A DNA stretch of 64,000 nucleotides, taken from contig CM082576.2 in assembly GCA_040954595.2 (NCBI GenBank), positions 15,733,028 to 15,797,027 of the forward strand. The letters run 5' to 3'. The notes beneath the pieces were generated by a model, which was given only the letters and a program-made list of their open reading frames with translations, searched no databases and was not told the origin of the DNA. The position numbers and the translations under genes were made by a program. The first letter of the stretch is position 1; each line of letters opens with the position of its first letter. The DNA is from Balanoglossus misakiensis. Its lineage: Eukaryota > Animalia > Hemichordata. Below are positions 50,386 through 64,000 of the stretch, piece after piece.

Positions 50386-52743
50386 TTCGGTTGTATGTAT
50401 GGATCGCTCCCGAAGAGAAATGCCAATACCTAGTAACTAGTGGTGCCTAAAAATGAAACGATGTATCAAAGCAAACATCAAGTTAAATCTGAAAGTCTTT
50501 GATATCTGGCAAACACACTGTTGGCCTTCTTCTTGCAATGTTGGTACTATACCGGTAATTGTGAGGGCTCCGCCATATACACCGTGAAAACCTCTATAAA
50601 CGAAGCCAATAAAGCAGACAAAAGTCATTGCTGTATTTGTCGGAAATATATGACAATTACAGCTAAATCCAAGTCTGCAGTAACAATAAATACATATCAG
50701 TTCAGGAAAATGTGTGTTTGCACTTTGACAACAGTGCACATACAGGTAAATACAGACCGTATTTATTGTATTTGGTAAAAACCACACAGAAACACAAAAA
50801 TCAAATCACAAAAAGGACAAAAACATCTACATATCAGGGATTAAGTTTCCTGATGGCCATTGGCACAAAGCTGTTGCTGAACCTCAGCTTAGAACACTTG
50901 AGGCAACGATATATACGACCTGAGGGTTACATTTCAAAGCAGGAAATATTTTACCACGTTTTTTATTTAAATTGTATGTTTCTGACTTCTACATTATTAT
51001 TACTATTATTATTACACACTTTATTTAAAGAGGGTAGTCTGTGTTACAAATAAATTATAATTTACATCAGAGCCCTCACAAGACATTAAAACGTGCACAA
51101 GACTTTAAAACGTGCACAAATGCAGGTAAATTTTGTCTGTATTTCAGCCTTTTCACGCTGTGTGATTTTGTTACTCAAGTTATTTCCCTGTGTTTCAGGA
51201 TAATTCCGTTTTTGTTTTCACGAGATAGTGGCAGAGCTATGGTCTTGACTTCATGAAGGTGTGTATTCGTTCATTCAGTATAACCACAGGACATTTTCGT
51301 AACAAATACCTAAAGAAAATGAAAAAGTACTTACGAATGCGACTAGCCTCAAGTAACTGTGTGTGCTTATGCAGTTCGGCTTAGCGAAACTAATGTGGTC
51401 AAATAGGAAAATGAAACGAAAACATCAAGGAGTGTTCAGTTATGATGAGGGTGCGTCAGCCACATAAAATGTCACCCTCCCGCTATTGCTTATTGCTATA
51501 GTGTGACCACCACCCACTCCAGCCCACCTTCCACTTAAAACCGAACGCTCCCTTATGAAATGTATTTACATATTCGTAGAGCCTTCAAGGAAACCATACA
51601 AGTCGAAGCTTAGCATCGGGGTTAGGGTCAGGGTTAGATTAGGGTTTAAGGTTAGGACTTATTTAAAATGACCAAAGTGAATTAGTTTGTGAATAAGGTC
51701 AAGTTTTGGTATACAGAAACCTACACTAACTGCGGTAACCCCCACCCTAAAGCTAATCATCGCCAACAGAGAATGGTACAGTCCAAAGGCAATAAATACC
51801 GTCATGCATATTCTGTGCCAGGAGCCGTTCCCAAATGACAGCGTTCCCTGCCTAGAGCTAGGCTGGCGTACACTGTCATATTGTCAAATGACTGTTTTTG
51901 TTGAATGTCCTGCTCTCGATACACATCTCTTCAAAGTCTTGGCAACTTCAACATATGACAGATAACGGTTTTTAACTTATTCTGTTTCGCTTTGGGGATC
52001 CGGTCATTGTATACATAAAATTTGAATATTATCAGGGCACACTCTTTAAATTTGCCTTGGTACCTAGGTTCACATGAGTTGACCCGACTTAAATTTAGCG
52101 CACCACAAAGTAACTGTCCTTTGGGGAATAGATTTTGGCCGCGTCTGCACTCACTGTTAACCGAATTTGGGCCGACTCAGCTCACAGCGGGGTCTCTTCC
52201 TCTGTGTTTTAGTGTGTATGTTTGTTTGTTGTTATTGATTGGCATAATAAACAAAAAACTTTTTTTATTGTTTATATGTAAACATGGTCACGTTTGTTTG
52301 TTGATTACTAGCGTCCCCTTGAAGTCACTCACTCACATAAACTGAACAATGGTGATTGGGTGTTAGGTTAAAGTGAAGACAGGGCTAGTTTGAATTAAAA
52401 ATGTTACCAATCCTTAATCACACATATGAATATCCTTTGTCCAATCATTGGAAAAACAAAGTCTCTGATTGATTAGTCTTTGAAGCAAAGCGGACAAAAT
52501 ACAGCTAGGTACTAGACTACAGCATCATATAAGCACATGGACATATGATAAATGTTGAAACGACCCAAAACGGGCCAAAACGAGCCAAACGACCCCTTTC
52601 ATCAAGTAAACGACCTAAAACAATCACTTTGGGTATTCAGGGGTTAAATAAAATCCCAAATACGGCGGAAACCAGCCAGACAGTTGAAATCATTGCAAAT
52701 ATCCTATATATGGCATCAACAAGTGAATGGGTCCCATATCGAA

Positions 52744-52761
52744 TGCATGCATGCATGCATG

Positions 52762-52821
<60 letters not shown>

Positions 52822-53373
52822 TACATACATACATACATACATACATAAATACTAGACTGTCGACAGTCCCTCGCGCCTAATGTGTATCGATTCGGCGTTT
52901 CGTGCGAGGGCCGAAGGCCCGATTCGGCGTTTCGTGGTGCGAGGGCCGTAAGGCCCGAGGGACTGTTATAGCTTGTAAGCCTTGCCTTGATATTAATTAT
53001 GCATGCAGAAAATGACGTAGTAAAATTTGCATATGGGGGCGTAAATTAAGGTTGACCTGATACTGCGTGACAATATGATTGGTCAATGAGTTTATGACGT
53101 ATTAACTGTCAATCATTTTACAGGGGCATTTTCCCACAGTGCCCGTGTGAGGGCGAAACAAGGTATAACAGTCCCTCGGGCCACGCCCTCGGACCTTACG
53201 GCCATCGCAACACGAAACGCCGAATCGGGACTTCGGCCCTCTAAAGATACGGGCCTTACGGGCCTCGCACGAAACGCCGAATCGATACACATTAGGCGCG
53301 AGGGACTGTCGACAGTCTAATACATACATACATACATACATACATACATACATACATACATACATACATACAT
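52744..53373. repeat. (CATG)n/(CA)n/(TACA)n microsatellite split by a MITE
   Basis: Repeat at 52744-52852 resumes at 53320-53373. Confidence 0.95.
52853..53319. mobile_element. MITE with TAG termini and 4-bp TSD (Academ-like)
   Basis: TAGACTGTCGACAGTCCCTCGCGCCTAATG.. / ..CATTAGGCGCGAGGGACTGTCGACAGTCTA, first ~57 bp perfect; ATAC on both flanks (within a repeat, so the TSD is weak evidence). Confidence 0.88.
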
Positions 53374-54580
53374 AGGCTCAACTATTGGCTTTAAATAGGG
53401 ACACAAACTGAATTTTATTAAAACTGGAATACAGCAAGTCAGTTATTCTTAGATATTCAAACTATTGATACACATCATATTCAACAAGAATTATGTTTTA
53501 TGAACACTTCCATAGCAACACTATCAACAATACACTTTGCCCAATGCTCGCATATTTCTTTCATTAAGCTTTTCCATAATTATTATCGGCCACAATGCTG
53601 CTATTGTTATGTTAATTAACATAATCTATCTGATCTCTTTGCGTGCATCAATTTGACATACACAAAGTTAGAACAAAGAATAAAAAGGATGCACTGTAAA
53701 GAATTACACATGTGCAGTTACTTTGAACTTTGACCAAACTTAATAAATCAACAGAGCATTGGATTACAGTCGTGTGACTTTATCTGTAAACGAGTTAACA
53801 CACTTAGCTGCGTAAAACCACACTAAATCTTGACGTACCGATTGGTACATTTACAACGTGACATCTTCAGGGAAAATAAATGTCGGATAACTCTCATGTT
53901 AGTATGGCTGCATAGGTAACACTGTATTACACAAAGAAAAGTATCTTTCGAACGTCAACCATGTTGCAAACATGACAAACGGCTATTCGTTTCACAAAAG
54001 ATGTTTAAAAAAGAAGGAACAAGGCAATGAATGAAACTATTTCCTGTATATTTTAGGTTCTTCATCATTCCGTTTAAGAGTCATTATCATTTGGTGTGAA
54101 ACACACTTGGCCATCAGCAGCTTCTGAATATACAAATATAGGACAGATCACTACACAGAGATTTTAGACTTAAATTTCGAAAGTAGCACTCGAATGGTGC
54201 AATGGTTACATGTCATTAAACGTTAACTTTCCATGTCCGTTGTAGCAAATTATGCATTTTGCTTAATATAAATGACATGATGCTGTGCACACAAAAATAA
54301 CATGTGACGCAAAATAGCATTTGATTGAATGTTTTACTTATAGCATTCATATCCGATGCTGCACAATAACAGCCGTATAGTGAACATATATATTTCGCAT
54401 GCGCAGTACTGACAGCGCATATATCCGCTTTAGGCATTTTCTCGATGGAGAAATGGGTGACGTCGAATGCGTACATGATTGTGAGATTGTGTTCATACCA
54501 CAGAGCAAGTACCGGCATTTCTATAGACTGTCCGGTGGCCAGTGAGTATCGCCGTAGTATAATCTTCTTATAGGGGCCTC

Positions 54581-57500
54581 TCAATGCTCTTTCAGCTGCA
54601 GGGTGGTGTGATGGCTGTTGATCTTCTTCCAAAGGTCTACAGCCTGCGAGGCACACAGCTTCGCCAGAAGACCACTAGCGCCGTTCATATTGCAACCATG
54701 GCGAGCAAGGTGTTGAAATAGACTGCAAGTAAAAAAATGAATGAAACACAGCTTACAACAGGCGTTTAAGTCCAATTAGTGTGCGTAACATGAGACAGAG
54801 CGTATGCAATAAATGGAAAACGAAAAGGATGTTTCGATTTGAACTCGAGTTAAATCTTGATTTACATTTGTACGAAGTTAAACGAAGTAAAATGCTTTCC
54901 TTACTTGTCGTCAGGTAATACTTCTGTCTGCACGTCCTCTTTCAGTTCTACACTTATGAACTCCAGCGACAATTTCAAAAGCTTGTAAACGTCGCCATTA
55001 TGGTAACTGATGGCAGTCATATCCTTCTTTAGGGTTTTGCTGAGATCGTCAGGAATGCTATCTTTGAAGTCCTTACAGATATCTTCAAATGGATCCTATA
55101 ATTAAAATAGGATACTATCACAGATTACACAACTCTGTGAATAGATGTCAGTAAAGTGCACTATAACAAAAGGTTATTAAATATTAAAAGTGGCAGATAA
55201 TAAATATGACATGTCCATCTCCCCAATAACATTCAACGATTCCCGACTGCAGTTGATTTTGTCAGTAATTCGGTGCAATTGCCATAATAATGCTCTCCAT
55301 TGGCGACCATCGTCAGAAAAGAAGGTGAGCACTTCTTTAAGGGATGGACGCTAATAAATGTAAGCCTCATAGATCATTAGCTCCCCGTGCCATGCCAATG
55401 TCCCCGGGACAAAACATGAATACTTTCTTAAACAGACGCCTTACCAGATCGCCCTGCAGGAGTAACTTTGCTCTTTCAACAACAAATATGTGCCACAAGC
55501 CTTTTGCATGGGACAGGGTGCAAGTCCTTTTGGCCTACAGACATGATGGAAACGGGCAGTGTAAGAAGATATGTCTCATGAATTCATGAAAGTTGGGAAA
55601 GACAACTTGCTTTCAAATGCAATAGACTGTGAGAAAGTGTTTAATCTTTCCAGAACATCCCAGCTGTGCGCAATGCACATTTTTATTGGGCCAGCCTTGA
55701 ATACAACAGCAACAATGATCTTTACATCACATACACACAAACTATTGATGGGTAGAAAGCTTGCAATACTATAGAGCAAAGAACAAAAAACTGTAGTTGG
55801 TACAGTAAAATAAAGAGAAGCATAGAAGTTACAGACAGTGGCTCTTTAAATTTTGAAAACTCGGTATTCTTAAATGTGTTATTTCAAATTATGAAACTAT
55901 AAAGTGTGCTATTGCAATTGAACATTGCAGAGCGTGAACAAATTCAAGAACCACCACAGTTGTGGCCTATATGAGCATTATTGAAACATTGGTTAATCTC
56001 TATTGGACCTTTTCACACAACAAGCCTTCCGCTGGTTTTATGCGAAGTACGTCCGTCAAGTAATCATGGATGCGCATCTCCTTATCTCCACCGGAAGTAC
56101 TGATTATACTGATGACTAGACCAATTACTCTCAACGAAGTGCACAGGTCCGGTAAACTGAGTCGTTCGCGTACTTCGGAGATAATATCACTTTCGACATT
56201 GGGAGCGAGGTCCACCTTAGAAGATGTAAATGTACAACAAGTCAATTCATTTATTCATAAGGCAACAACAGGAGTAAATGCCTCGATAGGCCATTTTCAT
56301 GACTCCTACATGATCTTGAATCATCGTACTTCCATTGGTGAGAATCCATCTGGTTGACCTCTAGGGCCTACTTAAATTCTATAATGGCATTCAAAATTTT
56401 GATTACGTACTTCCACACATTCGCTGCTTATTGTTGTCTTTTGTATTGTTTGAGTATATAGCCCCATAGTTACATGTACTATTTATTTCACTTTCGTACA
56501 ATTTTCTGATTACCTTTATACCCCCTTGCTTAAAGACTGGAGGCCTTAAAAGCAATAAACGGGCACTGTTGTGCACCTGTACTGCATAATTGCATGCAGC
56601 TGCAGTCAATACATTAAGTATTGAATTACAAACGTGACTCTTTTTCAAACATTTTACACGTTTCTCATCCCAAAATGTTCAATTTTGACAAATCCAACGG
56701 AAGTACAATGATGTAAGGTCACATAAGGGCCAAGAAAGTGACATATTGCAAGATATGCGCTAATAGGTTGACAAGCACAAATCACACAACACGGAGAAGT
56801 AAGTATCCGAAAAGTGGTATGCATCATTTCCGACGTGCTGTTTTTTATTCGATTTTTGTTAAAAAAATTGTCATCCCACAAAATCGCTCCAAGTAGTGAT
56901 GTAAAGGTAATGGCACAACACATCCTTCAAACACATATACGATGTATAGATGCGTTGAATACTTACTTGCGGGATAAGTGCAGTACTTCTCAAAAGATCA
57001 AATGACGTCTTATCAAACGCATTCTCCGAGAATTCCAAAGATAAATCCTGTTGGGATATACATTAGTGTCAATTAAATAGCAAAGTTGGAAAATAAAACT
57101 TTAAACGGTCAAATTGAAGCAATCTCCTCGGGTGTGACCAACGAACTCTTGATGATTTGACTGACAAGTTACACTTCGTAATAGCCATACCACGGGTGCC
57201 TATGCAAAACATTCAACTTGAACACTAGTAATTCGTCTACTCTGTACTATAATTCAGTGACATGAGGGGTTTATAGTTGCGTATGGTGTATCTGGTTGAT
57301 GATTAAATGTCGCATGATTTTTTTCATCACGACAATGTGGCATAACCTCGGTGCAGATTATGTTAGTGGTGGAAAACTGACTGTTTTAGTTTCACCTCGC
57401 TCTGGATGATCGCTTTTCCCTGGACAAACGATTTGATGACGTGTCTCTCCACGGCCATCAGGTCATATCTCAGACATGATCTCTCCCCAACCTCCAGTGA

Positions 57501-60500
57501 ATAGTCACAGTGAAGTGCCACTAGTTGTCCGGAGTCTCTTTCTGGATCATAGTTGATAAGGTTCACGGGATTGACTTCTGATAGCTTCACCGTCTGCTTG
57601 TTAACGCTGGTTGAAAGGAGATTGAAGACATATTCAAATTTCACAGACGAATTGCAAAGAGAATGACAAAGACATTATATTACGAAAGAAAAAGGGTAGT
57701 GGAACTGTTGTATATATAGGTATTGGTCATTGTGTAGCAAACATGAAACGTAACATTTTGTCGTTAATATTGCAAACGTTTTAACTAGTGGGCGAAAAAT
57801 AATCATGGTTCTAGTGTTATTTGTGGGATTACTTGTCCACCTGATACAAAAATATCTGATCAGAATCATCTTCCTTGGCAACTTAATTTCTTAAAATATG
57901 TGCAAGGCCGAAGTAAGATTTTTTTGAAATTATAATATTAGTTATAGAAGCTTTAATTTATTCAGTGGTAAATGGCTGAAGTTAACAAGTAGGAAGTGAA
58001 ACATTAGGAAGAGCTGGGTTTACCTGTCTCTTTTGATGACTGTGCATTTTTCAAGGAATGTATTATGGATGTCTACAATGTCCTTAACCAAACCCAAAAC
58101 ACATTGTCCCCGGCCACGTTTTGTTGGCAGTACAGCTGACAATGATGTTTCAGGACCAATGTCGTCCATTCGAAACTCGCACGGCAGACGTTCCTGGAGG
58201 CCTGTTTAGATAGAAACCAAGATGATACAGATACGACGTTGTCATATTTTAACAAAGGCACCACTGCGGCCTTTTGGTGTGTAGATGTATAGTGTAGATT
58301 AGAATTTCTTGAAATTAATTCACCATTTTCATACATTTTTGGAAATTGTTGAAAAGGAATGTGCGTGAAAGTGTCCAGAACATTATCGGAATCTAATGCC
58401 AAGGGTTTGGTCTTATTGCGAGATCTGGCTTGGATCGTAAACTAAAAGTGAAATTGGAAAATATTATGGTCAAACAAGGTTATCCTTTGTTATCACAGAG
58501 TATTGTTTTGATTACTTTAAAGGTATACGGTCACCTATTCAAATTGAGATATAGTTACCATGGTTAATTGAGATTCAGCCAAGCACAGATTTTCAGTGGG
58601 TGGCACACGCGAAAAATCGCGCCACCATAATAACACTCAAATACGCCATTTCAGCCACACACGGGCGTCCGTAAATTACTGGTGACCGTGTAACCTTTAA
58701 CTTATAGTATGCTGGGAGAATTCAAGTGTTACAATTAAGAATAGCAATAACGAATGGTGACATGTTCACCCAGACTTATGGTATCTACACCTGTCCAATG
58801 AAAACGCATCAATTCAAAGAACAGGGATGGACTTCTTCAGAATGTAAATGAGTTGCATGAACATGCATTGGAAGACCCAAGAAAAATGTTTTGATTAAGA
58901 CACGTCGCTACATCTTTAACATGTTAGATAAGCTAAAGTAAACTTTGGCCAATAATTGAAACGTACCTTCCTCTACCATTAATAATTTCCAGGCTTTGCG
59001 AAAACTGTCTATCAGAGTTTTCACTTCTCCTTGAGAAAGTCCTTGAGGTAGCACGGGAATAACAATAGAAATCAAGTCAGTAATAAATTAGCGGTGAGAT
59101 GGCGTTTTTCTTATATCATTTAATAATACTCCCCTGTTATCATCTTTTGTGAAAATTTCAAGAAATTGACAATACGGTAACACCGTTTCTCAAAATTCCA
59201 AATGTAAGGCTATGGAATATGATAACCACACACTCCATCTGGGTTGACATCTACCATAAATAAAATTACACAAAGTACAATTACACGAAGACTTACTCTA
59301 TGGTGTGTATTTATCGGTAAATGTGGTTCATGTGGTGGAAACGGAAAACTGTCAGTAGTAATTCACAAGCAAATTTTATAATAGGAGAAATTTATAAAAA
59401 ACTAATTCACATACCACACTTCAAGTTGAATGTCAGTAATGTCAACTTATCAGCATCGTGCTTGCTTATTTTCCGGTGATATGTCCGTTTCAATAATTTC
59501 TGCAGTTTGACAATGTCGGGTAGGTACCGAACGACACGTAGAAGACGCTCCTGGAGAAATTACAATTTTTATTTTCACTTACGTCAACGTCTCACAACAA
59601 TGCATTTCAAAGGGACAATAACTATAACTTTTGATTATCATTTCACTATGCAGGTCTATGCAATTGCAAAAGCAAGAGTTTTTGCTCAGCTCACTAACAT
59701 TTAAATGCTAAGTATTCAGATTGTCAACAAAGTATAGTGCAACAGTATGTTATTAATGACATTATAATTTTAGTCTGGATTGTAAATTTCATCGTCAACG
59801 CAAACGTTGCTGGTTATACGTATAAAGGTTGTGATGACAAACAGAGTACTGTACATTGTAACATTTAGGGGTGAAACAAGAAACTGTGGAGGATTACAGA
59901 ACTATTGGGAAAAAAACAAGTAAAATCACTGCCCCTTCAAACTTCTACATGTGGTTCATTTTCACACAAGTAAACTATATAGTTACCATTTTAATGAATT
60001 CAAGCAGTACTGAATGCTTATGGCGGCCTTCGTCGTCCATGGGGATCGCTTGGACCACTCTTCCAAGTTTTTCTAGGGACGGCTTGCGCCGGTAACTCCA
60101 AAATACCTGGGTCATGCATATTGGTTGGGCGATGCTTGTGTCGTGTTCATCAAGTTCCAGTATCATCTTCACAGAAGAGTCTTCATCTTGATTGGATAAT
60201 TAGAAACATTTGAAACCAATAGATAAAGGCTATGAACACCACAAATACCATATGAAATTTCGAATGATGTAGTGGTTCTTGTTAACGACCGGACTATATT
60301 ATCTACGTCAAAGTGTGGCTGCAATAAATACACATTGTAACCACTGGGTGGTAATATCCTACCTAGATTGGCAGCCTTAACGGCCAGCGTTGTCGCATTG
60401 TCCAGTTTTCTCTCCAAATCCTATGTATCATGGAACAAAATAAACATAAACGTTACTTTCACCAACCAAAAATATTCATTAAATCAAATCATTAAACCTT

Positions 60501-63500
60501 TCCATAGTGTTGCATGGCAATTTTAACTAGTGCACTTAGTTTGACTTTCCGAGAAGTTGTTTGTCTCATGTTACTATATGCTTGCGATAGAAAGACGTTT
60601 TGGTGCCATCCGGAATGACGGTGCACGTACATGTACGAGGCCGGATCTACCGTTATCATCGCAAACCACATGGCCTCTTTACGTAAACAGTTACTGTGTC
60701 AATAGCTACATAGACTGCATCGGGCTTTGCGCGGAGCGCACCCTCAAAAAAGCAGTCTGCACCGGGTGCACCAAGCAATCTTGACCATAAAAACTCTCTT
60801 TTAAACAAATGAATGTTTACCCTACCATTAGGAAAGGGCTCAGTATTGATTTTATCATGTCCGACTCCCATTTAATTCTGTCTTCACTGTTGGCAAGCAG
60901 GTTGAAGAAACCAGGAACTGAAAGTAATGTGCACGCAATAACTTTGTATATATACAACTCGTGTATTGAAAGTAAGATTCAGTTCGTGTCGTCTAAACTG
61001 TGCAACTGTCTTGCACGGAAAATTACTACAATGAGACGTCAAGAAGAAAACAACAGCAAGGCACTTAATGGAAGAGTCAAAACTGAAATTCAATGCAACA
61101 TAAGAATTATTGTACTGCAGGAACCAAAAATAGTTTTTGGTATACTTACGCTGCTGTGGTTTCTTATCTACCCTAGCCATTTCGTGCAGTACGAGATGTA
61201 GAATGGTTCTTGCATTGGCTGTGCCATGTCCCAATGCCCTCGACAGAAGATGGACATCTCTTTCTAGGTGTCCCAAAAGAAAATCGACGACTGTCTTATC
61301 TGTGATGTGTGCGTCGTTAATTGACTTGACGACCGCCTGAAAAAGTCAGAAAAATTTAGATAATGCATTCAAAAAGAAGTGAAAAAAAATATGCACACAC
61401 AAAAGTAAACAAAAACAGACTCCAAAAGTTAGCCCGAAATACACGTGATTAAAATGGCCTTAACAACATATTTAAAAGAGACACCGACTGTGTACATCCT
61501 TTGACAACAAAAGCTGGCGATCACTGTCAGTCAGTCCATCCGATCCAGAACATGTCTTCATATTTTTTGCGCATCGCACATGAGCATTGCCTTTCAAAAT
61601 TGTAACGGAGAGGTAGAATCCATTATTGACACAGATTCTGTTATACTTGTAATAATTATACATAGGAGGTGATATCCTGAACAAACTCATTAAAATATTA
61701 ATGCTGTTGACTTTTTGTGTTGCAGCCTCTCACCCCGGCATTTTCCTTGCATGCAAATAACATAGCCGCATGGCCAAGGAACCGCAAGATGATCTTTGGC
61801 GAGGAGAGCAGAGTTCCATTTTGTTGGCCTTCGGGGATTCTCGGTATCTCTCTAGACACATCATGACGGCTCCTAATCGGAAGAAAGAAAACGATACAAT
61901 ATAAACAACTCAGTAGGTTCATGTTTTAGGGTTCGAACGAAGTCAAGTGACTTTGTGCACGACCGGTAGATAATGTGCTGTTTGAACATTTCTTAAGCCA
62001 CTGTGAATTACTCTTCCCACCCCGTGAATTACTCTTCCCACCACGAAGTGCAGCTTATTAGTCTATAACGATTGAAACATACGCATGATATACACCATAT
62101 ACTAGCACATACATAAAACAACGCATCAAATGACCCAATAACTCCATTCAAATTGTAAACATCAAAATAACAAGAATGGTGTCACTTACAGCCTGGCTTC
62201 GCTCTTTTCGATTCTTGGCTGTGGGATGTTTTCATTTATGCCAGCACCACAAAAACATGTCCCATCTTCCAGTGGTCTCTTACATTCGCCAGCAAAATAT
62301 GGATGACCATTTTTGCACCCTGAAATGAAAACGGAGGTTTGGAAACATCAGACCAATCTACACCGGTGCTATTCAAAGACTGGATAAAACTATGCACTTT
62401 CTGATTTAGTCACAAATATCTTTGACAGTTCTAACAAACATAAACCTTGGCCATTATACGATTCAAATTTCCTTGGCCACTGTCTTTGGAACGTACCCAT
62501 TATAGCTGACACAGAACCTCCAGGGTAAATGTTCACCGACTGTTTAATTAGCAAAATGACGGTTAATTTTCACTTACTGTACCATCCATCCGATAAAACC
62601 AGCGGGGTCTGATACAGTTCATCATCTGACATAGCAGATAAAGAGAGATTCTGTAAAGAAAATGACACGATTAGTCATTGTGTTCTCAGTCTTTGTGATA
62701 TCTCCTCTCTCCTCATTTATCTGACAAATGGACGAACATGCTTCGTTTGTCTGTTTTCATTGTTTTTTCTTTACTTTGCACCACAATATAAAGTTTACTC
62801 AACCTAGAAAGCAACTTACAGTCATCCCCTGAGGGGAACCCATCAAAGTCAACAATGGCTTGAATAGCCTGCATTCACCATAGACTGCCATAACTGAGTA
62901 GAAGTGTATCAAAAGCGATATCAGCCAACGGTCTGCACTTTCTTTCTGTGTCTTCAGGATCTTCAAAGATGAGGGCCGACTTTCATTGATTGTTTCGATG
63001 AAATAACTGAAGTTATTTTTCATCTGTAAGAGAGGTGGAAGTCTTTGAAAAATTGGTGGAAGTCATTCAAAAATCATAATGGAGGCCATCTTGGGAGGCC
63101 ATCTTAGTTGATTCACACGCCAGAGAACGGTTATGGTGTAGTGCCCCTCAGCATGGGCCGTCACTCATGCATACAAAGTTGTAATATGACGTGGCTTGCA
63201 CCTTTAATCTTTTATCTTTATGTTTGAATGAATGTTTGAATGAATGAATGAATGAATGAATGAATGAATGAATGAATGAATGAATGAATGAATGAATGAA
63301 TGAATGAATGAATGAATGAATGAACGAACGAACGAACGAACGAACGGACGGACGGACGGACGGACGGACGGACGGACGAACGAACGAACGAACGAACGAA
63401 CAAAAAAACAGAAATAATAAAAACAGCAAAATGAACATAACTATTACCTTCTGTCCAATTGTAGATTTTGCCATCATGTCTTTGAGGACATTCATTTTCT

Positions 63501-63989
63501 GTGAGAAATACACAAATAAAGCTATACATGTCACATCATCTAAAACACAGACACTGTAAATGTGTCTACTGGCGAGTAAATGTTAAGCAAGAAACTGTAT
63601 GGTTGGATCCGCATAATTGGGTTCGAAAGTAAAATCATGCAAAATGCGTCTTACCTTTTTGTCAGTCCCTGCCTGCGGATCATTGGTTGCCACGGCATAG
63701 ACAGACAGAAGAAGACTGATTTGGATAGCGTCTTCCATGTGGTTCGAATGAAGAGCCTGCTTAAGACAAGAAGGGCGCATGTGACTTGAAAGCAATTAGA
63801 CGCCGAAAGTTACATTTAAGAATGAAGGATACCCTGTTTGAAATTAACATTACTCTGTAGGGTCTGAATGCTCACCTTCTGTAATTTCTGAAGACCGCCT
63901 TTTTTATTTCCTTTATAAATAGATGCAACCAACGCCTTCATTTCCTGATAAGGTTCTCCCTTGATTATAAACGGGTCTAGCTCTGGGCT
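54581..63989 (-). CDS. RNF213: RNF213/mysterin-like giant E3 ligase, C-terminal exons (E3 module, RZ finger, CTD); 5'-partial
   Basis: Collinear exons recalled as RNF213-like: LDPFIIKGEPYQEMK (63876-63989), LFKPLLTLMGSPQGM, WYRCKNGHPYFAGECKRPLE (RZ, ~62190-62320), FLLGHLERDVHLLSRALG, VVRYLPDIVKLQ, LPTKRGRGQC..HNTFL (58024-58202), INYDPERD..CDYSLEVG..YDL..FVQGK, DPFEDI, last exon ..QAVDLWKKI..EH* ending at 54581. Homolog; orthology not established. Confidence 0.88.
58521..58696. mobile_element. Diverged member of the AGGTATAC TTAA MITE family in an RNF213-like intron
   Basis: TTAA|AGGTATACGGTCACC..AGATTTTCAGTGGGTGGCACACGCGAAAAA..GGTGACCGTGTAACCT|TTAA; flanks unrelated to the lectin array. Confidence 0.88.
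63225..63401. repeat. Compound microsatellite (GAAT)n(GAAC)n(GGAC)n
   Basis: Directly visible, intronic. Confidence 0.97.
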
Positions 63990-64000
63990 CTACGAAGAAA

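Noticed and set aside
51618-51750. Telomere-like GGGTTA repeats
   Set aside because: Only a few degenerate units at an internal position; likely part of an interspersed repeat.
60169-60417. Apparent frameshift between adjacent RNF213-like ORFs
   Set aside because: Explained by a normal phase-1 intron (..AANLG|gtagga ... caag|ATGAAGAC).
1-64000. tRNA, rRNA, snRNA genes and prokaryotic defence systems
   Set aside because: No recognisable sequence of these kinds seen by eye; a covariance-model scan was not possible.

Overview
AT-rich, intron-containing animal DNA with no prokaryotic features. HYR domains, L1/Tx1-type LINEs, TAG- and TTAA-type MITEs and abundant (TACA)n suggest a marine invertebrate deuterostome (inference). 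Contents, left to right: (1) a 5'-incomplete multi-exon receptor tyrosine kinase with an unusual cadherin-like/EGF/Ig/EGF/HYR ectodomain; (2) a decayed Ser/Thr kinase remnant; (3) two different, apparently young L1/Tx1-clade LINEs, head-to-head, both with target-site duplications (TSDs) and each with a single frameshift; (4) several MITEs; (5) a ~4.2-kb-period tandem array of four secreted C-type lectin genes plus a truncated fifth unit; (6) a complete 6-exon single-Ig type-I membrane protein gene; (7) the 3' part of an RNF213/mysterin-like gene including its RZ finger. The gene content looks like a fast-evolving innate-immunity neighbourhood. Exon models were assembled by eye from GT/AG signals and phase consistency; no database searches were run. 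I could not establish a wholly new system. The best leads are the lectin exon-phase switch, the atypical RZ finger, the RTK architecture and the LINE pair.
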